Below are positions 33,806 to 48,160 of a stretch of 64,000 bases of DNA, one piece after another. The notes beneath the pieces are model-generated. The model was not told the DNA's origin. It searched no databases and saw only the letters and a list, made by a program, of their open reading frames with translations. Each line of letters opens with the position of its first letter. Position 1 is the stretch's first letter. Position numbers and translations under genes: made by a program. This DNA is from Candidatus Pelagibacterales bacterium (lineage in GTDB: Bacteria; Pseudomonadota; Alphaproteobacteria; Pelagibacterales; Pelagibacteraceae): assembly GCA_965235815.1 (NCBI GenBank), contig CBDDZE010000004.1, positions 55,750 to 119,749 on the forward strand, in the 5' to 3' direction.

Positions 33806-35028
33806 TATTGAATAAGAGCATGAAGAATTTTGTTAGATAGTTTTTTTGCAATTTCTGATTTTGTTGTTTTATTAAATTTTTCCACTTCTTTATTTTTAGA
33901 AATTAAAAAAACTTCATTATAATCTGAATTAAAACCAATAGATTTATCAGCCACATTATTAGCCAAAATCCAATCGCAGTGTTTATTTTGGATTTTCTTT
34001 TGCGCATTTTCAATAATATTTTTAGTCTCAGCTGCAAAACCAACAACTAGTCTTGGTCTATTAATATTTTGGCTAGAAATGAAAGACAAAATATCAATAT
34101 TTTTTTCAAGCTCTAAATTAAAATCTTCTAACCCTTCTTTTTTTATTTTTTCTTCACTATAATTTTTAACTTTAAAATCAGATACTGCAGCAGTACAAAC
34201 GGCAACATCTACTGGTAAATTATCTTTGCAAGCTTCAAACATTTGTTTTGCAGTTGTGACATTGATCACTTCAAGATTATCTTCATTTTTAATATTTAGA
34301 GAATTTGGACCAATAACTAATTTTGTTTTAAAAGCCTTTAGGTTTAATGACTTTGCAATTTCAAATCCTTGTTTTCCAGAAGACTCATTAGACAAAAATC
34401 TTACCGGGTCAATATATTCTCTAGTCGATCCTGCAGTCACCAATGCTTTTAAATTTTTATTATTGAATAAATTCTTTGAAAGAAAATAATTTTTTATAGT
34501 TAGAATAATTTCTTCGGGAGATGACATTTTGCCAACACCAACTTCACCACACGCCATTTCACCAACAATGGGTCCAATAAATTTATATTTAAATTGAATA
34601 AGTTTTTGAAAATTTTCTTGGGTAGCTTGATTATTCCACATCTCAACATTCATTGCTGGAGCTAGGAAAATAGGCTTGTTAGAGGCCATAATAACCGTTG
34701 TTGCAAAATCTTTAGCTTCTCCATGTGCAAAATTTGCCATTAGATTTGCAGTTGTAGGCGCAACTAGTATCAAGTCGCACCATCTAGATAGCGCGATATG
34801 ATCCATTTCACCTTCGTTATTTGGATCAAATAGATTTTCAAAAACTTTATTTTTAGAAAGAGCAGAAATTGATAACGGTGTTACAAATTCTTTTCCAGAA
34901 TTCGTTAGAATAGTTTTAACTTCACAGTTATTCTTTCTAAGTTCTCTAATGACATCGAGAACTTTATAAGCAGCTATTCCGCCACCAATAACGATTAAAA
35001 TTTTCTTATTCTCAATTGAATTTAGCAT
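33805..35028 (-). CDS. coaBC: Phosphopantothenoylcysteine decarboxylase/ligase
   Basis: GGIAAYK, PAMNVEMW, IDPVRFLSNESSGKQG, GFAAET. Confidence 0.97.
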   Translation of the reverse strand: MLNSIENKKILIVIGGGIAAYKVLDVIRELRKNNCEVKTILTNSGKEFVTPLSISALSKNKVFENLFDPNNEGEMDHIALSRWCDLILVAPTTANLMANFAHGEAKDFATTVIMASNKPIFLAPAMNVEMWNNQATQENFQKLIQFKYKFIGPIVGEMACGEVGVGKMSSPEEIILTIKNYFLSKNLFNNKNLKALVTAGSTREYIDPVRFLSNESSGKQGFEIAKSLNLKAFKTKLVIGPNSLNIKNEDNLEVINVTTAKQMFEACKDNLPVDVAVCTAAVSDFKVKNYSEEKIKKEGLEDFNLELEKNIDILSFISSQNINRPRLVVGFAAETKNIIENAQKKIQNKHCDWILANNVADKSIGFNSDYNEVFLISKNKEVEKFNKTTKSEIAKKLSNKILHALIQ

Positions 35029-35032
35029 CGCG

Positions 35033-36606
35033 CTATTTGAATACTATTAGCAATATAATTACAATAATTAATAAACCTATAATTAGATAAGTCTTTTTTA
35101 ATTTTGAAGATTTTTCTTTAATTTCATATTCGTTACTTTGGTGTTTGATTTTTCATAAAATCATATGAATTTAAAAGTTCCATAGCTTTGTTAGCACGAT
35201 TAATCATCTCGGGTAATTCAGGAAGTTTATCTAAAAGTTCTGTAGTCGTTTTCAATATTTTATCTATTCTATTTTTAGGACCAATCTCATTATTTAACCA
35301 ACCCTGAAGTACTGGTTTGGAAATTTCCCAAATATTTGCATCTTCATCTAATGATCGCGCAACTCCTTCGACAACAACCATTGTTTTTTGTAATAATAAT
35401 AATTGTGGTTGAGTAACCATATTAAATTTTTCTGTTACTTCAAAAAGTCTAGCTAGTAACTTACCAGCAGAAATATTCTTAGAAGATTGACCAAAAATAG
35501 GCTCACCAATAGTTCTTAGAGCTTGAGTGAATTGATCTAAAGACTCTGTATTTGGCACTAAACCTGCAATAAAATGGACTTTTGCTACCTTTTCATAGTC
35601 TCGGTTAATGAAACCATACAATATCTCAGCTAAATACTTTCTATTAGCAATATCCAGTCGGCCCATAATTCCAAAATCTACAGGCACAATATTTTCATTC
35701 TTATCGACAAAAAGATTCCCCTGATGCATGTCACCATGGAAAAAACCATCGCCCACTGCTTGTCGTAAAAAATTTTGAATTAATAATCTTGATACTTTTT
35801 TTAGATCAATTTTATTTTTAATAAGTAAGTCTTTATCTTTAATTGAAATCCCATCTACTTTTTCAATAGTTAAAACTCTTTGTCCAGTAAAATCCCAAAA
35901 TATAGAAGGAACTTTAAAACCTTCATCTTGAGTTAGTATTTTTTTTTAAGTTCACTTGCAGCTGCTGCTTCATATCTTAGATCCATTTCAATGTTGGTGA
36001 TTTCTTTAAGAAGATCTATTATTTTTACTAATTTTAATCTGCGACTTTTCTTAACGCTGAATTCAATAACCGATGCTAAAAATCTTAGAGCATCTAAGTT
36101 CTTTGTTAAAAATTTTTTCTATATTGGGTCTTAATATTTTAATAGCAACATCGATTTCTTTTTTTTCATTATTAATAATTTTCGCAAAATGAACTTGAGC
36201 AATGGAAGCGGCAGCAATGGGTTTGCTTAAGTAAGTGATCTGTTGATATTTTTCTTCACCCAACTCTTTTCGCAATGCTTCTTTTGATTGAGAAATGTCA
36301 AAAGAGGGCATTTGATCTTGTAGTTTCTGTAACTCTTTTGCAAATTCTTCGCCAACAATATCAGCGACGAGTTGCAAGAAATTGTCCCAGTTTTATAAAA
36401 GCAGGACCTAAAGTTAAAAAAGCATTTTTTAATCTTTCACCTGCACTTTTGTTTGCAGAGTCTTTATTAAAAGTAGTAAAGCCAAAAATCTTTATTAAAA
36501 CTTTAATAGACAGGGGTGGTTTATAAAATTCTTCAAAAATAGATAAACTGTTAGACTTTGCTAAAGCTCTGCCAATTTTAATAAGAGTAAAAAAATTAGA
36601 TAGCAT
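35033..36606 (-). CDS. ubiB: Ubiquinone biosynthesis kinase-like protein UbiB, several frameshifts
   Basis: LGPAFIKLGQ, AASIAQVH, GFFHGDMHQGN, DFGIMG spread over ORFs 36361, 36063 and 35133; follows ubiE. Confidence 0.93.
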
Positions 36607-36612
36607 TTTAAG

Positions 36613-37329
36613 TTATTGTATTTTCCATCCAGAGTGGATTGCCGCAACTCCAGTTGTTAGGTTTCTATATTCAGTGTTTATAAACTTAGCCTCTTTCATA
36701 AGATTTAATAATTGGTCTTGGTTATAAAAATCTTTGATGCTTTGTATCAAATATTCATAAGGCTTTTTATCTCCAGCAACCGCTTGTCCAATGTGAGGAA
36801 TAAAACTTGAGTATATTGAATAAAACTTGTCGATAATTTCATTATTAATTTTTGAAAACTCTAAGCACATAAATCTTCCACCTGGTTTAAGTAATCGATA
36901 GGCCTCGTTGAGTGTTTTTTTTATATCGGTTACGTTTCTTATACCAAAACTGATGATGTAGTAATCAAAACTAGAATCTTTTAAAGGAACTTGTTCTGCG
37001 CTGGCGCACAAAGAATCAATATTTTTATAATGTTCAAGTTTTTTTTTACCTTCATTTAACATTTCAATATTTTGATCAACCATCGTTGCCCGACCAGTCA
37101 AGTTGGTACGTTCAATGAAAAGTTTTGTCATGTCGCCAGTTCCAGCTGCCATATCAATTAATTTTGAATTTAGTTTTGGCTGCATCCAGTCGATCAAATT
37201 ACTTTTCCATAGCCGGTGAACGCCAAATGACATGATGTCATTCATCAAATCGTATTTTTTAAAAACAGAATTAAAAACGTTATTTACAAAGTCTTTTTTT
37301 GAATTTTGTTTTGCATTAGTATCTTGCAT
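36613..37329 (-). CDS. ubiE: Ubiquinone C-methyltransferase
   Basis: YDLMNDIMSFGVHRLWK, DMAAGTGD, FGIRNVT. Confidence 0.96.
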   Translation of the reverse strand: MQDTNAKQNSKKDFVNNVFNSVFKKYDLMNDIMSFGVHRLWKSNLIDWMQPKLNSKLIDMAAGTGDMTKLFIERTNLTGRATMVDQNIEMLNEGKKKLEHYKNIDSLCASAEQVPLKDSSFDYYIISFGIRNVTDIKKTLNEAYRLLKPGGRFMCLEFSKINNEIIDKFYSIYSSFIPHIGQAVAGDKKPYEYLIQSIKDFYNQDQLLNLMKEAKFINTEYRNLTTGVAAIHSGWKIQ

Positions 37330-37371
37330 TCTTTAAATATAGAACATTTGCAATCAATAGTCATATAGTTA

Positions 37372-38240
37372 ATGCCAGAATTACCAGAAGTAGAAGTAAC
37401 GCGAAGAACTTTATTAAAATTTATTGAGAATAAAGTTATTAAAAATATAAAAATAAATAATCCTAATTTAAGATTTAAAATTCCTGAAAATTTTAAAAAA
37501 ATTGTAACTGGGCAAAAGATTATTAAGGTTTTAAGAAGATCTAAATATATTTTGATTTATCTAAAGAATGATTATGTAGATAATCACTCATTTAGGAATG
37601 TCAGGCAAATTTATAATTAAAAATAATTATTCTAAAATATTTTTAAAGACCAGTTATTATTCTAATGAATTTTCCTCAAAGCATAATCATTTAGAATTTT
37701 TCTTTTCTAATAATTTAAAGGTAATTTATAACGATCCTAGAAGATTTGGTTTTTTTTTATTAGATAAAATTTCCAAATTAGACGTTAATAAATTTTTAAG
37801 TAAATTAGGACCAGAGCCACTCGGTAAAGATTTAAAGAAAGATTATTTAATATTAAAAACTAAAGCCACACAAAGAACGATCAAGACTTTATTAATGGAC
37901 CAGCGTTTCATTTCTGGAATTGGAAATATTTATGCAAACGAAATTCTTGTTTTTAGCAAAGATAAAGCCTAATAAAATTTCCTCCAAGACTAAGCTTAGT
38001 CGATATTGCGAGACTTCACTCACTCCATTAGTAAAGTTCTTAAAAGAGCATCTAAAATTAGGTGGTTCAAGCATAAAAGACTTCAAGTCTTCAGTTGGCC
38101 AAAAAGGTCGCTTTCAAAATGAATTTAAAGTTTATGATAGAGAGGATTTAAAATGTCTTAGGGCAGGATGCTCTGGTCTAATAGCAAGGGTTGTATCTCA
38201 AGGCAGAGCAAGTTTTTTTTGTAACGAATGTCAAAATTAA
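37372..38240 (+). CDS. mutM: Formamidopyrimidine-DNA glycosylase, two or more frameshifts
   Basis: MPELPEVE, DPRRFG, GIGNIYANE, C-terminal zinc finger C..C...CNECQ. Confidence 0.95.
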
Positions 38241-38244
38241 GTAA

Positions 38245-38275
38245 TTGACCCTAATATCTTCAACTTATATATAAT
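38245..38275 (+). promoter_or_regulatory. Candidate sigma70 promoter of rpsT
   Basis: TTGACC followed after 17-19 nt by TATATA/TATAAT. Confidence 0.5.
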
Positions 38276-38286
38276 CCCATAAAAAT

Positions 38287-38547
38287 ATGGCAAACACAGT
38301 CTCTGCTATTCGTGCAGTAAAAAAAATTAAAAAAAGAACTCAAGTTAATAAAATTAGAGTTGGAAAATATAAATCTGCAGTAAAAATCATTGAAGAAGCA
38401 ATTAAATCTAAAGATAAAGCAAAAGCTTTGAAATTATTTTCTAATTTTCAATCACAGGTTATGAAAGCTTCTAAAAAAGGTTCTTTAAAAAGAACTACAG
38501 TCTCAAGAAAAGTTTCTCGTATCTCAAAACAAATCTCTAAGTTGTAA
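38287..38547 (+). CDS. rpsT: 30S ribosomal protein S20
   Basis: MAN.. start, 86 aa, very basic, SRKVSRI; conserved mutM-rpsT-dnaA order. Confidence 0.93.
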   Translation: MANTVSAIRAVKKIKKRTQVNKIRVGKYKSAVKIIEEAIKSKDKAKALKLFSNFQSQVMKASKKGSLKRTTVSRKVSRISKQISKL

Positions 38548-38587
38548 AAAAATATTTTATCAATCTTAAGTTGATAATTATTTTTTT
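38546..38587 (+). terminator. Weak AT-rich hairpin after rpsT
   Basis: TTATCAA-TCTTAAG-TTGATAA flanked by A and T runs. Confidence 0.35.
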
Positions 38588-38703
38588 CTAAGCAACCAAA
38601 AAGTTTAAACTCTTTAGTTGAAAATAAAAAATATTAAATTCTTTTCTTGTATTTACAGATTTAAAAAAATAAAACACACTTCTTTTTTTAAAAATAAGTT
38701 CAA

Positions 38704-40100
38704 ATGACAAATCAAACAAGTCTTAAAGATAATTTTAGTAACGATAAAGCGAGATGGGAGTCACTACAACAATCATCTGCTAGGACTTTATGGTAAAGAC
38801 GTTTATACAAGTTGGTTACAAAATATTAGTTTTACTAAAATAAATTTTAATACTTTAGTTCTAAACGTAAAAACTCGATTTATTCGTGACTGGATCGTCG
38901 CTCACTACGCTGATAAAATTTTAGATTTATATAAGAAACAAGACGCAAATATTACTCGTATAGAGTTTCAAATATCAGAAAGAGTTGAAACAAAAAACAA
39001 CAGCAAATCAAACGTAATTGATTTTGAGAAGAAAGATTTCCTTCAAGACAGTGGTAGTTATGGACTTTCAAAAATTGATGAAAGATTAGTTTTTGATAAT
39101 TTTATAGTTGGAAAAAGTAATGAACTTGCTTTTACAGCGGCCAATAGAATTATTGATAATTTAAATAAATATAATCCACTTTATATTTATGGTGGAGTTG
39201 GTTTAGGAAAAACTCACCTTTTAAATGCTATTGGAAATAAATTATTAAAAAAAATAGATAAAGTTATTTATGTCTCTGCGGAAAGATTCATGTATCAATT
39301 CGTTAGATCTATAAAAAATAATGATGTTGTAAAATTTAAAGATATTTTTAGAAGCGCAAAAGTTTTAATTATAGACGATATACAATTTGTAAGCGGCAAA
39401 GATGTGACTCAAGAAGAATTCTTTCACACGTTTAACTGCATTGATAGAATCTGGTTCACAAATAGTCATTTCTTGTGACAGACCACCAAACGAACTGGAT
39501 AGAATACAAGACAGAATTAAATCGAGACTATCAGGCGGTCTAGTTGTCGATATTCAAAGTCCAGATTTTGAACAAAGAGTTAAAATTTTAAAACAAAGAT
39601 GTTTAAAAGAATTCCATGCTTCAGAGAGAAACATTGCTATTGATGATGAGGTTATTAATTTTATAGCCAATGAATTAAAACTTAGTGTTAGAGAGATGAT
39701 AGGCGCATTTAATAGAATAGCTGCTTATCTAAATATAAATAATAGAAAGATCTCTGTGGCAGAAGCTAAGAGTATTTTAAGAGATTCTTTGAATAAAATT
39801 GAGACCAATATCACTATAGAAGACATTCAAAAAACCGTAGTTTCTTATTATAATATTTCGATGCATGATTTTATGTCATCAAGAAGATCAAGATCTGTTG
39901 CAAGACCAAGACAAATTGCAATGTATTTATCAAAGAAAATGACTACAAAATCTTTACCTGATATTGGTAGAAGATTTTCTGGCAGAGACCACACAACTGT
40001 TATTCATGCGATTAAAAAAGTAGAAGAGTTAATGATTCAAGATAAAAACTTTGAAAATGAAGTTAAAGATCTTAATCAAAAATTAACAAAAACTGTTTAA
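38704..40100 (+). CDS. dnaA: Chromosomal replication initiator DnaA, frameshifts near 38780 and 39438
   Basis: Hand-read YNPLYIYGGVGLGKTHLL, IDDIQF, QEEFFHTFN, RPRQIAMYL, GRDHTTVIHA. Confidence 0.97.
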
Positions 40101-41215
40101 TGGAACTTAAGTTAAATAGAGATCTTTTTCTTAAAAGTCTCTCGCATATTCAGGGAATAGTTGAGAAAAAAAATACTATTCCAATATTAGCTAACGTTTT
40201 ATTAGATGCTTCTAATGGCAAAATTACAATCTCTGCTACAGATTTAGATATTATTATTATTGAAGTTATTAAAGGTGAAATCATTAAAGAGGGCTCAACA
40301 ACTACAACAGCTCAAGTTATCTATGATTTAGTTAGAAAATTACCATCGGGTTCTGAAATATTAATTTCTCTAAAGACGGAAGGTCAACTTTCTTTGATTT
40401 CAGCAAAATCAAATTTTAATTTAAAATGCTTACCACCGAAAGATTTTCCAATTACCCAAGATGATGTTGAAGGAGAAGCTCTTGCGATTAGTTCATCAGT
40501 ATTTTTAAAATTACTTAACAAGACTAAATTTGCAATTTCAAACGATGAGACTAGACATTATTTAAATGGAATTTATCTGCATAAAACAAATGAGAATAAT
40601 CAATTATATCTTTCAGCAGTTGCAACTGATGGTCATAGATTATCAAAAAGCAGATTAGTATTAGATAAAGATGTAGCCTTCGAACCTGTAATTTTGCCTA
40701 AAAAAACGTTATTTGAACTAGTTACTATACTTCAAGAAGAGAATTCAGAACTAAAGATCACTGCGAGCAAAACTAAAATTAGATTTACTATAAATGATAT
40801 AACTTTAATCTCTAAAGTTATTGATGGTAGATTCCCAGATTATTCAAAAGTAATACCAACAGATAATAGCAACAAGATAGCAGTCAATTTATCATCATTT
40901 ATCTCTACAATTGATAGGATTAACTCATTATCATCCGATCGTAAGGGAACATTAAAACTTGTAGTGAATAAAGATATTTTAAAATTATTAGTTAATGATC
41001 CTAGTGCAGGAGATGGAGTTGAAGAAATTATTCTAAGTTATAGTGGTCCGGATTTAGAGATCGGTTTTAATTCTAAATATTTAATTGATGTCGGTGGAGT
41101 TATAGAAGACAAAAATATGATGATTTACGCTAAAGATCCATCATCGCCAGTATTAATTCACGATCCTGCAGATATTAATAGTCTACATGTTATTATGCCA
41201 ATGCGAGTGGCATGA
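40100..41215 (+). CDS. dnaN: DNA polymerase III beta clamp
   Basis: IPILANV, ATDGHRL, IGFNSKYL, VIMPMRV. Confidence 0.98.
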   Translation: MELKLNRDLFLKSLSHIQGIVEKKNTIPILANVLLDASNGKITISATDLDIIIIEVIKGEIIKEGSTTTTAQVIYDLVRKLPSGSEILISLKTEGQLSLISAKSNFNLKCLPPKDFPITQDDVEGEALAISSSVFLKLLNKTKFAISNDETRHYLNGIYLHKTNENNQLYLSAVATDGHRLSKSRLVLDKDVAFEPVILPKKTLFELVTILQEENSELKITASKTKIRFTINDITLISKVIDGRFPDYSKVIPTDNSNKIAVNLSSFISTIDRINSLSSDRKGTLKLVVNKDILKLLVNDPSAGDGVEEIILSYSGPDLEIGFNSKYLIDVGGVIEDKNMMIYAKDPSSPVLIHDPADINSLHVIMPMRVA

Positions 41216-41219
41216 TTAA

Positions 41220-42300
41220 ATGTTCCTAATTAAAGATATAAAATTACAAAATTTTAGATCTCATTCTTTTACCGAACTCAAGACTAATCATCCAATCATT
41301 TGCATCATTGGCCCAAATGGCAGTGGCAAAACTAATGTCCTAGAAGCAATATCGCTCATCTCAGATAAAAAAGGAATTAGAGGAACATTAATAGAAGATT
41401 GTATAAAAAAAGATTCAAAAGACAAAACAATTATTTCCACAACAGTTCAATTATGAAAAAAAAGATTACAAAGTTGATGTAATTTTTGAAGCAAAAGAAG
41501 ATAAAATAAGAAAAAGTTTAAACATTGATAATAATAAATCTTCCTTAAATGAAGTCTTCAAAGATATAAATTTTATTTGGTTAACTCCACAAATGGACAA
41601 AATTATGTACGAGGGAGATAGTATTAAAAGAAAATTTTTGGATAAAATTATTTCTAATTATAATTTAGGTTATAAAAAAAACTTAAGTAATTTTAAAAAA
41701 CTTTCTGAAGAAAGAATTCAGTTATTAAAAGAAAATCAAGATTTACAATGGTTGAACATTCTTGAAAAGAAAATGATAGATGAATTGTGGGGTATTTTTA
41801 TTTATAGAAGATCTTTTATTAGAGATGTTAATAATGTTATTTCAAATAAATTAAATAACTTTTTAAAGATTAAATTGAATATTAAAAACTCTTACGATTT
41901 AGATCCGAATATTAATGAAAAAGAATTCTATGCATTTTTTGAAAAAAAATATTTTGAAAAACGTGAGATAGATCAAATAATAAAAAGAAATAGTGTTGGT
42001 CCACAATTTGATATTTTTGAATTTTTTAATGAAGAAACTAAATTAAATTCTGATCTATGTTCTACAGGCGAGCAAAAAAAAATATTAATATCATTAATTT
42101 TGGCATTTATTTTGTTAATGAAATCTAAAAATATAAATTCGATACTTTTATTTGATGAAATTGCATCTCATATAGATGGTAAAAATCTCGAACTTTTTTT
42201 CGATGAAATTGCAAAAATCGGGATGCAAACTTGGTACACAGGAACTAACATACAACCGTTCCAACCTATTGAAAATAAAGCATTTTTTGTAAAATTATAG
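41220..42300 (+). CDS. recF: DNA repair protein RecF, frameshift near 41452
   Basis: NFRS, GPNGSGKTNVLEAI, STGEQK, LLFDEIASHID; between dnaN and gyrB. Confidence 0.92.
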
Positions 42301-42363
42301 CAATTACCTTATCCTAATTAGGGATAAAAAATGTTACAAAAGCCTTCAATAGAAAATTCATAA

Positions 42364-44920
<2,557 letters not shown>

Positions 44921-44924
44921 TTTA

Positions 44925-46220
44925 ATGAATTTAGCAAAACTTACCTGAGCTAAATGATAATAAGATAAAACTTCTAACGCTAATCAATATTCGTTGGGTT
45001 GCAATTTTTGGTCAGTTTGCAACAATATCAATTGTATATTTCTATTTTAATTTTAATTTTAATATTGGGTATTGTTATTTATTAGTTTTATTTTCTTCTT
45101 TTCTTAATATTTTTCTCCAAATTAGAACAAAAAAAACCGATCTACTATCTAATAAACAAGCCACTTTTAGCATCCTCTATGATTTATTTCAGTTATTTGG
45201 ATTATTATTTTTAACGGGTGGGTTAACCAATCCCTTCTCAATATTAATTGTTGCTCCAATTATAATTGCCGCAGGATTTCTAAATTTAAGAAGCAGTATT
45301 TTGATAGGTTTTTTATCAATCGTATTAATTATTATTTTATCAATTTTTTATTTTGAACTACCAGGACTTGAAAATAATTATCTTTTTCCAAATTTTTATA
45401 TTTTAGGGTTAGCATTGGCACTGTGCACTACAATAATATTTTTAGCTATTTATTCTCAAAGATTAGCAATAGAAAGTGCGCAAAGAAGTGAAGCCTTTAA
45501 TGTTTTGCAACAAATATTTTTAAGGGAGCAAGAGTTAAAATCCTTAGGTGGACTTGCAGCAGCAGCAGCTCATGAATTGGGAACCCCTTTAAATACCATA
45601 TCACTAGTAGCTAAAGAGTTAAAAAAGGAAATAGGATCAAATAAAAAGTTTAATCAAGATTTAGATTTACTTAATTTCTCAATCTAAAAGATGTAGCGAT
45701 ATATTAAAGCAGATATCAAAAAATCCTTATACGGAAAAAGAGGATAAATTTTTTGATCGAGCATCATTTAAAATTCTCGTTCATGAGATCGTTGATTCAT
45801 TTAAAGATCTAAGTAAGAAAAAAATAATTATTAATGAAGATGATTACAAAAAAGATTATTTAATTACAAAAAAAATTGAGATTATTTACAGTCCTAAAGA
45901 ATATCATTGATAATGCTTTAAAATTTTCCTCAAATAAAATTGAGATTTTTTTATTATCTAATGAAGAACAATTAAGAATAAAAGTTGAAGATGATGGAGT
46001 AGGTTTTTCAAAGCAAATATTAGGATTTTTAGGAGATCCTTATATTAATAAAAAAGATTTAGATAAAAACAAAGAAGGATTGGGCCTTGGAATTTTTATA
46101 GCAAAAGTTTTTTTAGAAAGATTGTCAGCTATTATTAATTTTTATAATTTAGAGGAAAAAGGTGCAGTAGTAGATATATCTTGGCAAAAAAAAGATTTAA
46201 TTAATTTAAAACTTATATAG
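44925..46220 (+). CDS. regB: RegB/ActS/PrrB redox sensor histidine kinase, frameshifted
   Basis: IRWVAIFGQ, LTGGLTNPF (GGxxNPF), LAAAAAHELGTPL, RC motif, DDGVGF, GLGLGIFIA. Confidence 0.92.
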
Positions 46221-47283
46221 CTGGTTCTTGTTGGGTCATACAATGAATTGCCCCAAATCCCCAAATAAGATCACGACAATTAATTGGAACAATTTTTCTG
46301 CCCTTAAAATGATTTTCTAAAATTTGAAAAGCTTTATCGTCATTTTTGTCTTCAAAGATTGGCAGAAGAACAATTTTATTTGCTATATAAAAATTTAAGT
46401 AACTAGCGGGTACTCTTGTGTCATCTATAATTAAAGGTGATGGCATTGGAATTTCTACGATGGTATTTTGTTTACCTAAATGATTTCTAGATTTTTTTAA
46501 GATTTTTAAATTTTCATTTAAAGCTGAATAATTTTCATCACTTTTTTGATATTCCATCGCTGTAAATATTTTATCATCATCAAAAAATCTTGTGATATCA
46601 TCGATATGACCGTGAGTGTCATCGCCGACAATACCTTTATTAAGCCATATAAAATTTTTGATATTTAAACTTTCGCTTAAGATTATTTCTAATTTTTCTC
46701 TACTTAATCCAGGATTTCTTTCTTGAACTTTACTTAACAAACATTCTTTTGTTGCAATTAAAGTTCCTTTTCCATTCACGTCAATTGCACCACCTTCTAG
46801 TATAACATCTTTAACTTTTTTTTTAATTTTTACTTTTACATCTATTAATTCTATATTTTTAATTTTTGCTATTTGTGGCTTTATATTATTGTCAAAATTG
46901 TAATCTTTATATTTTGCCCACGCATTGAAATGAAAATTTGTCATGATCTTCTTTTTCAAAAGATCGTTTACTAGAAAAATAGGCCCAGTATCTCTGGTCC
47001 AAACTCTATTTGTTTTAATGATATGAAAATTAACCTTATTAAGGTTTGTTTTTTCTTTAATTAGAATTCTCTTAATATTTTTTTTAACAGCTTTTGATTG
47101 GATTAAAATATCAACGTTTTGAACTTTAGATAAGGCTGAAGCTATTTTGGCAAAAGTTGATGGAATATTTTCAAATTTATCAGGCCAGTCATTTTTATTA
47201 TGTGGCCAAGCTAACCATGTAGAGCTTTGCTTTTCCCACTCCGCCGGCATTCTATAACCCAAGGATGCCAGATTTTCATTCAT
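46213..47283 (-). CDS. aguA: Agmatine deiminase
   Basis: RMPAEW, WTRDTGP, EGG, DDTHGHID, GAIHCMTQQEP (catalytic Cys). Confidence 0.93.
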   Translation of the reverse strand: MNENLASLGYRMPAEWEKQSSTWLAWPHNKNDWPDKFENIPSTFAKIASALSKVQNVDILIQSKAVKKNIKRILIKEKTNLNKVNFHIIKTNRVWTRDTGPIFLVNDLLKKKIMTNFHFNAWAKYKDYNFDNNIKPQIAKIKNIELIDVKVKIKKKVKDVILEGGAIDVNGKGTLIATKECLLSKVQERNPGLSREKLEIILSESLNIKNFIWLNKGIVGDDTHGHIDDITRFFDDDKIFTAMEYQKSDENYSALNENLKILKKSRNHLGKQNTIVEIPMPSPLIIDDTRVPASYLNFYIANKIVLLPIFEDKNDDKAFQILENHFKGRKIVPINCRDLIWGFGAIHCMTQQEPAI

Positions 47284-48157
47284 CGGAAGGATTCTTTAAT
47301 AGACCGTGGTATTGATCAATTCTTCTATCTCTTAGGAATGGCCAATGTTGTCTTACTTTCTCAACTTTGCTTAAATCAATATTGCAGATAATTATTTCTT
47401 CCTTGTCGTTGCTAGCTTCTGCAATAATATTTCCATTAGGGTCAAATACGATTGAATTGCCCCAAAATTCGATAGATTTATCTTTTTTACCTTCAATGCC
47501 AACTCTGTTAACAGAAACAACAAATACTCCATTTGCTATAGCGTGTGATCTTTGAATTGTAAGCCATGCATTTAATTGTGATTTACCAAATTCTTTTTTT
47601 TCACGTAAATGCCAGCCTATTGCGGTTGGATAAAATATAATTTCTGCCCCTTTAAGAGCTGTTAAACGTGCAGCTTCTGGAAACCATTGATCCCAGCATA
47701 TTAAAGTTCCAATTTTACCGTGCTTAGTGTTGAAACTTTTAAAACCTAAATCGCCTGGGGTGAAATAAAACTTTTCATAATATTGAGGATCATCGGGAAT
47801 ATGCATTTTTCTGTAATGACCGAAGATCTTTCCTTTTTCATCAATCACAACACATGAGTTATGATAAAGGCCTGAAACTTTCTTTTCAAAAAGTGGAACG
47901 ATTATTATTACGCTTATTTTTTTTGCTAATTCACATAATGTATCAGTAGTTTTTCCAGGTATTTTTTCTGCTATTGCAAAATTATCGTGGTTTTCTTCTT
48001 GGCAAAAATAATGAGTTAGAAATAGTTCAGGTAAACAAACAATTTGTGCACCTTTTTTTTTCGCTAATTTTATTTTTTCAATTGCTTTAGAGAGATTTTT
48101 TTTTGGATCAGCATCCATCTTCATCTGCACCAAAGCTACTTTAGTTAGTGAAGACAT
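47276..48157 (-). CDS. aguB: N-carbamoylputrescine amidohydrolase (nitrilase family)
   Basis: E-K-C triad in LPELF, YRKMHIPDDP, ICWDQWFPE; YEKFYF; coupled to aguA. Confidence 0.9.
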   Translation of the reverse strand: MSSLTKVALVQMKMDADPKKNLSKAIEKIKLAKKKGAQIVCLPELFLTHYFCQEENHDNFAIAEKIPGKTTDTLCELAKKISVIIIVPLFEKKVSGLYHNSCVVIDEKGKIFGHYRKMHIPDDPQYYEKFYFTPGDLGFKSFNTKHGKIGTLICWDQWFPEAARLTALKGAEIIFYPTAIGWHLREKKEFGKSQLNAWLTIQRSHAIANGVFVVSVNRVGIEGKKDKSIEFWGNSIVFDPNGNIIAEASNDKEEIIICNIDLSKVEKVRQHWPFLRDRRIDQYHGLLKNPSDE

Positions 48158-48160
48158 CGT

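Noticed and set aside
38548-38703. Possible oriC next to dnaA
   Set aside because: No TTATCCACA-type box cluster seen; alphaproteobacterial origins are often away from dnaA.
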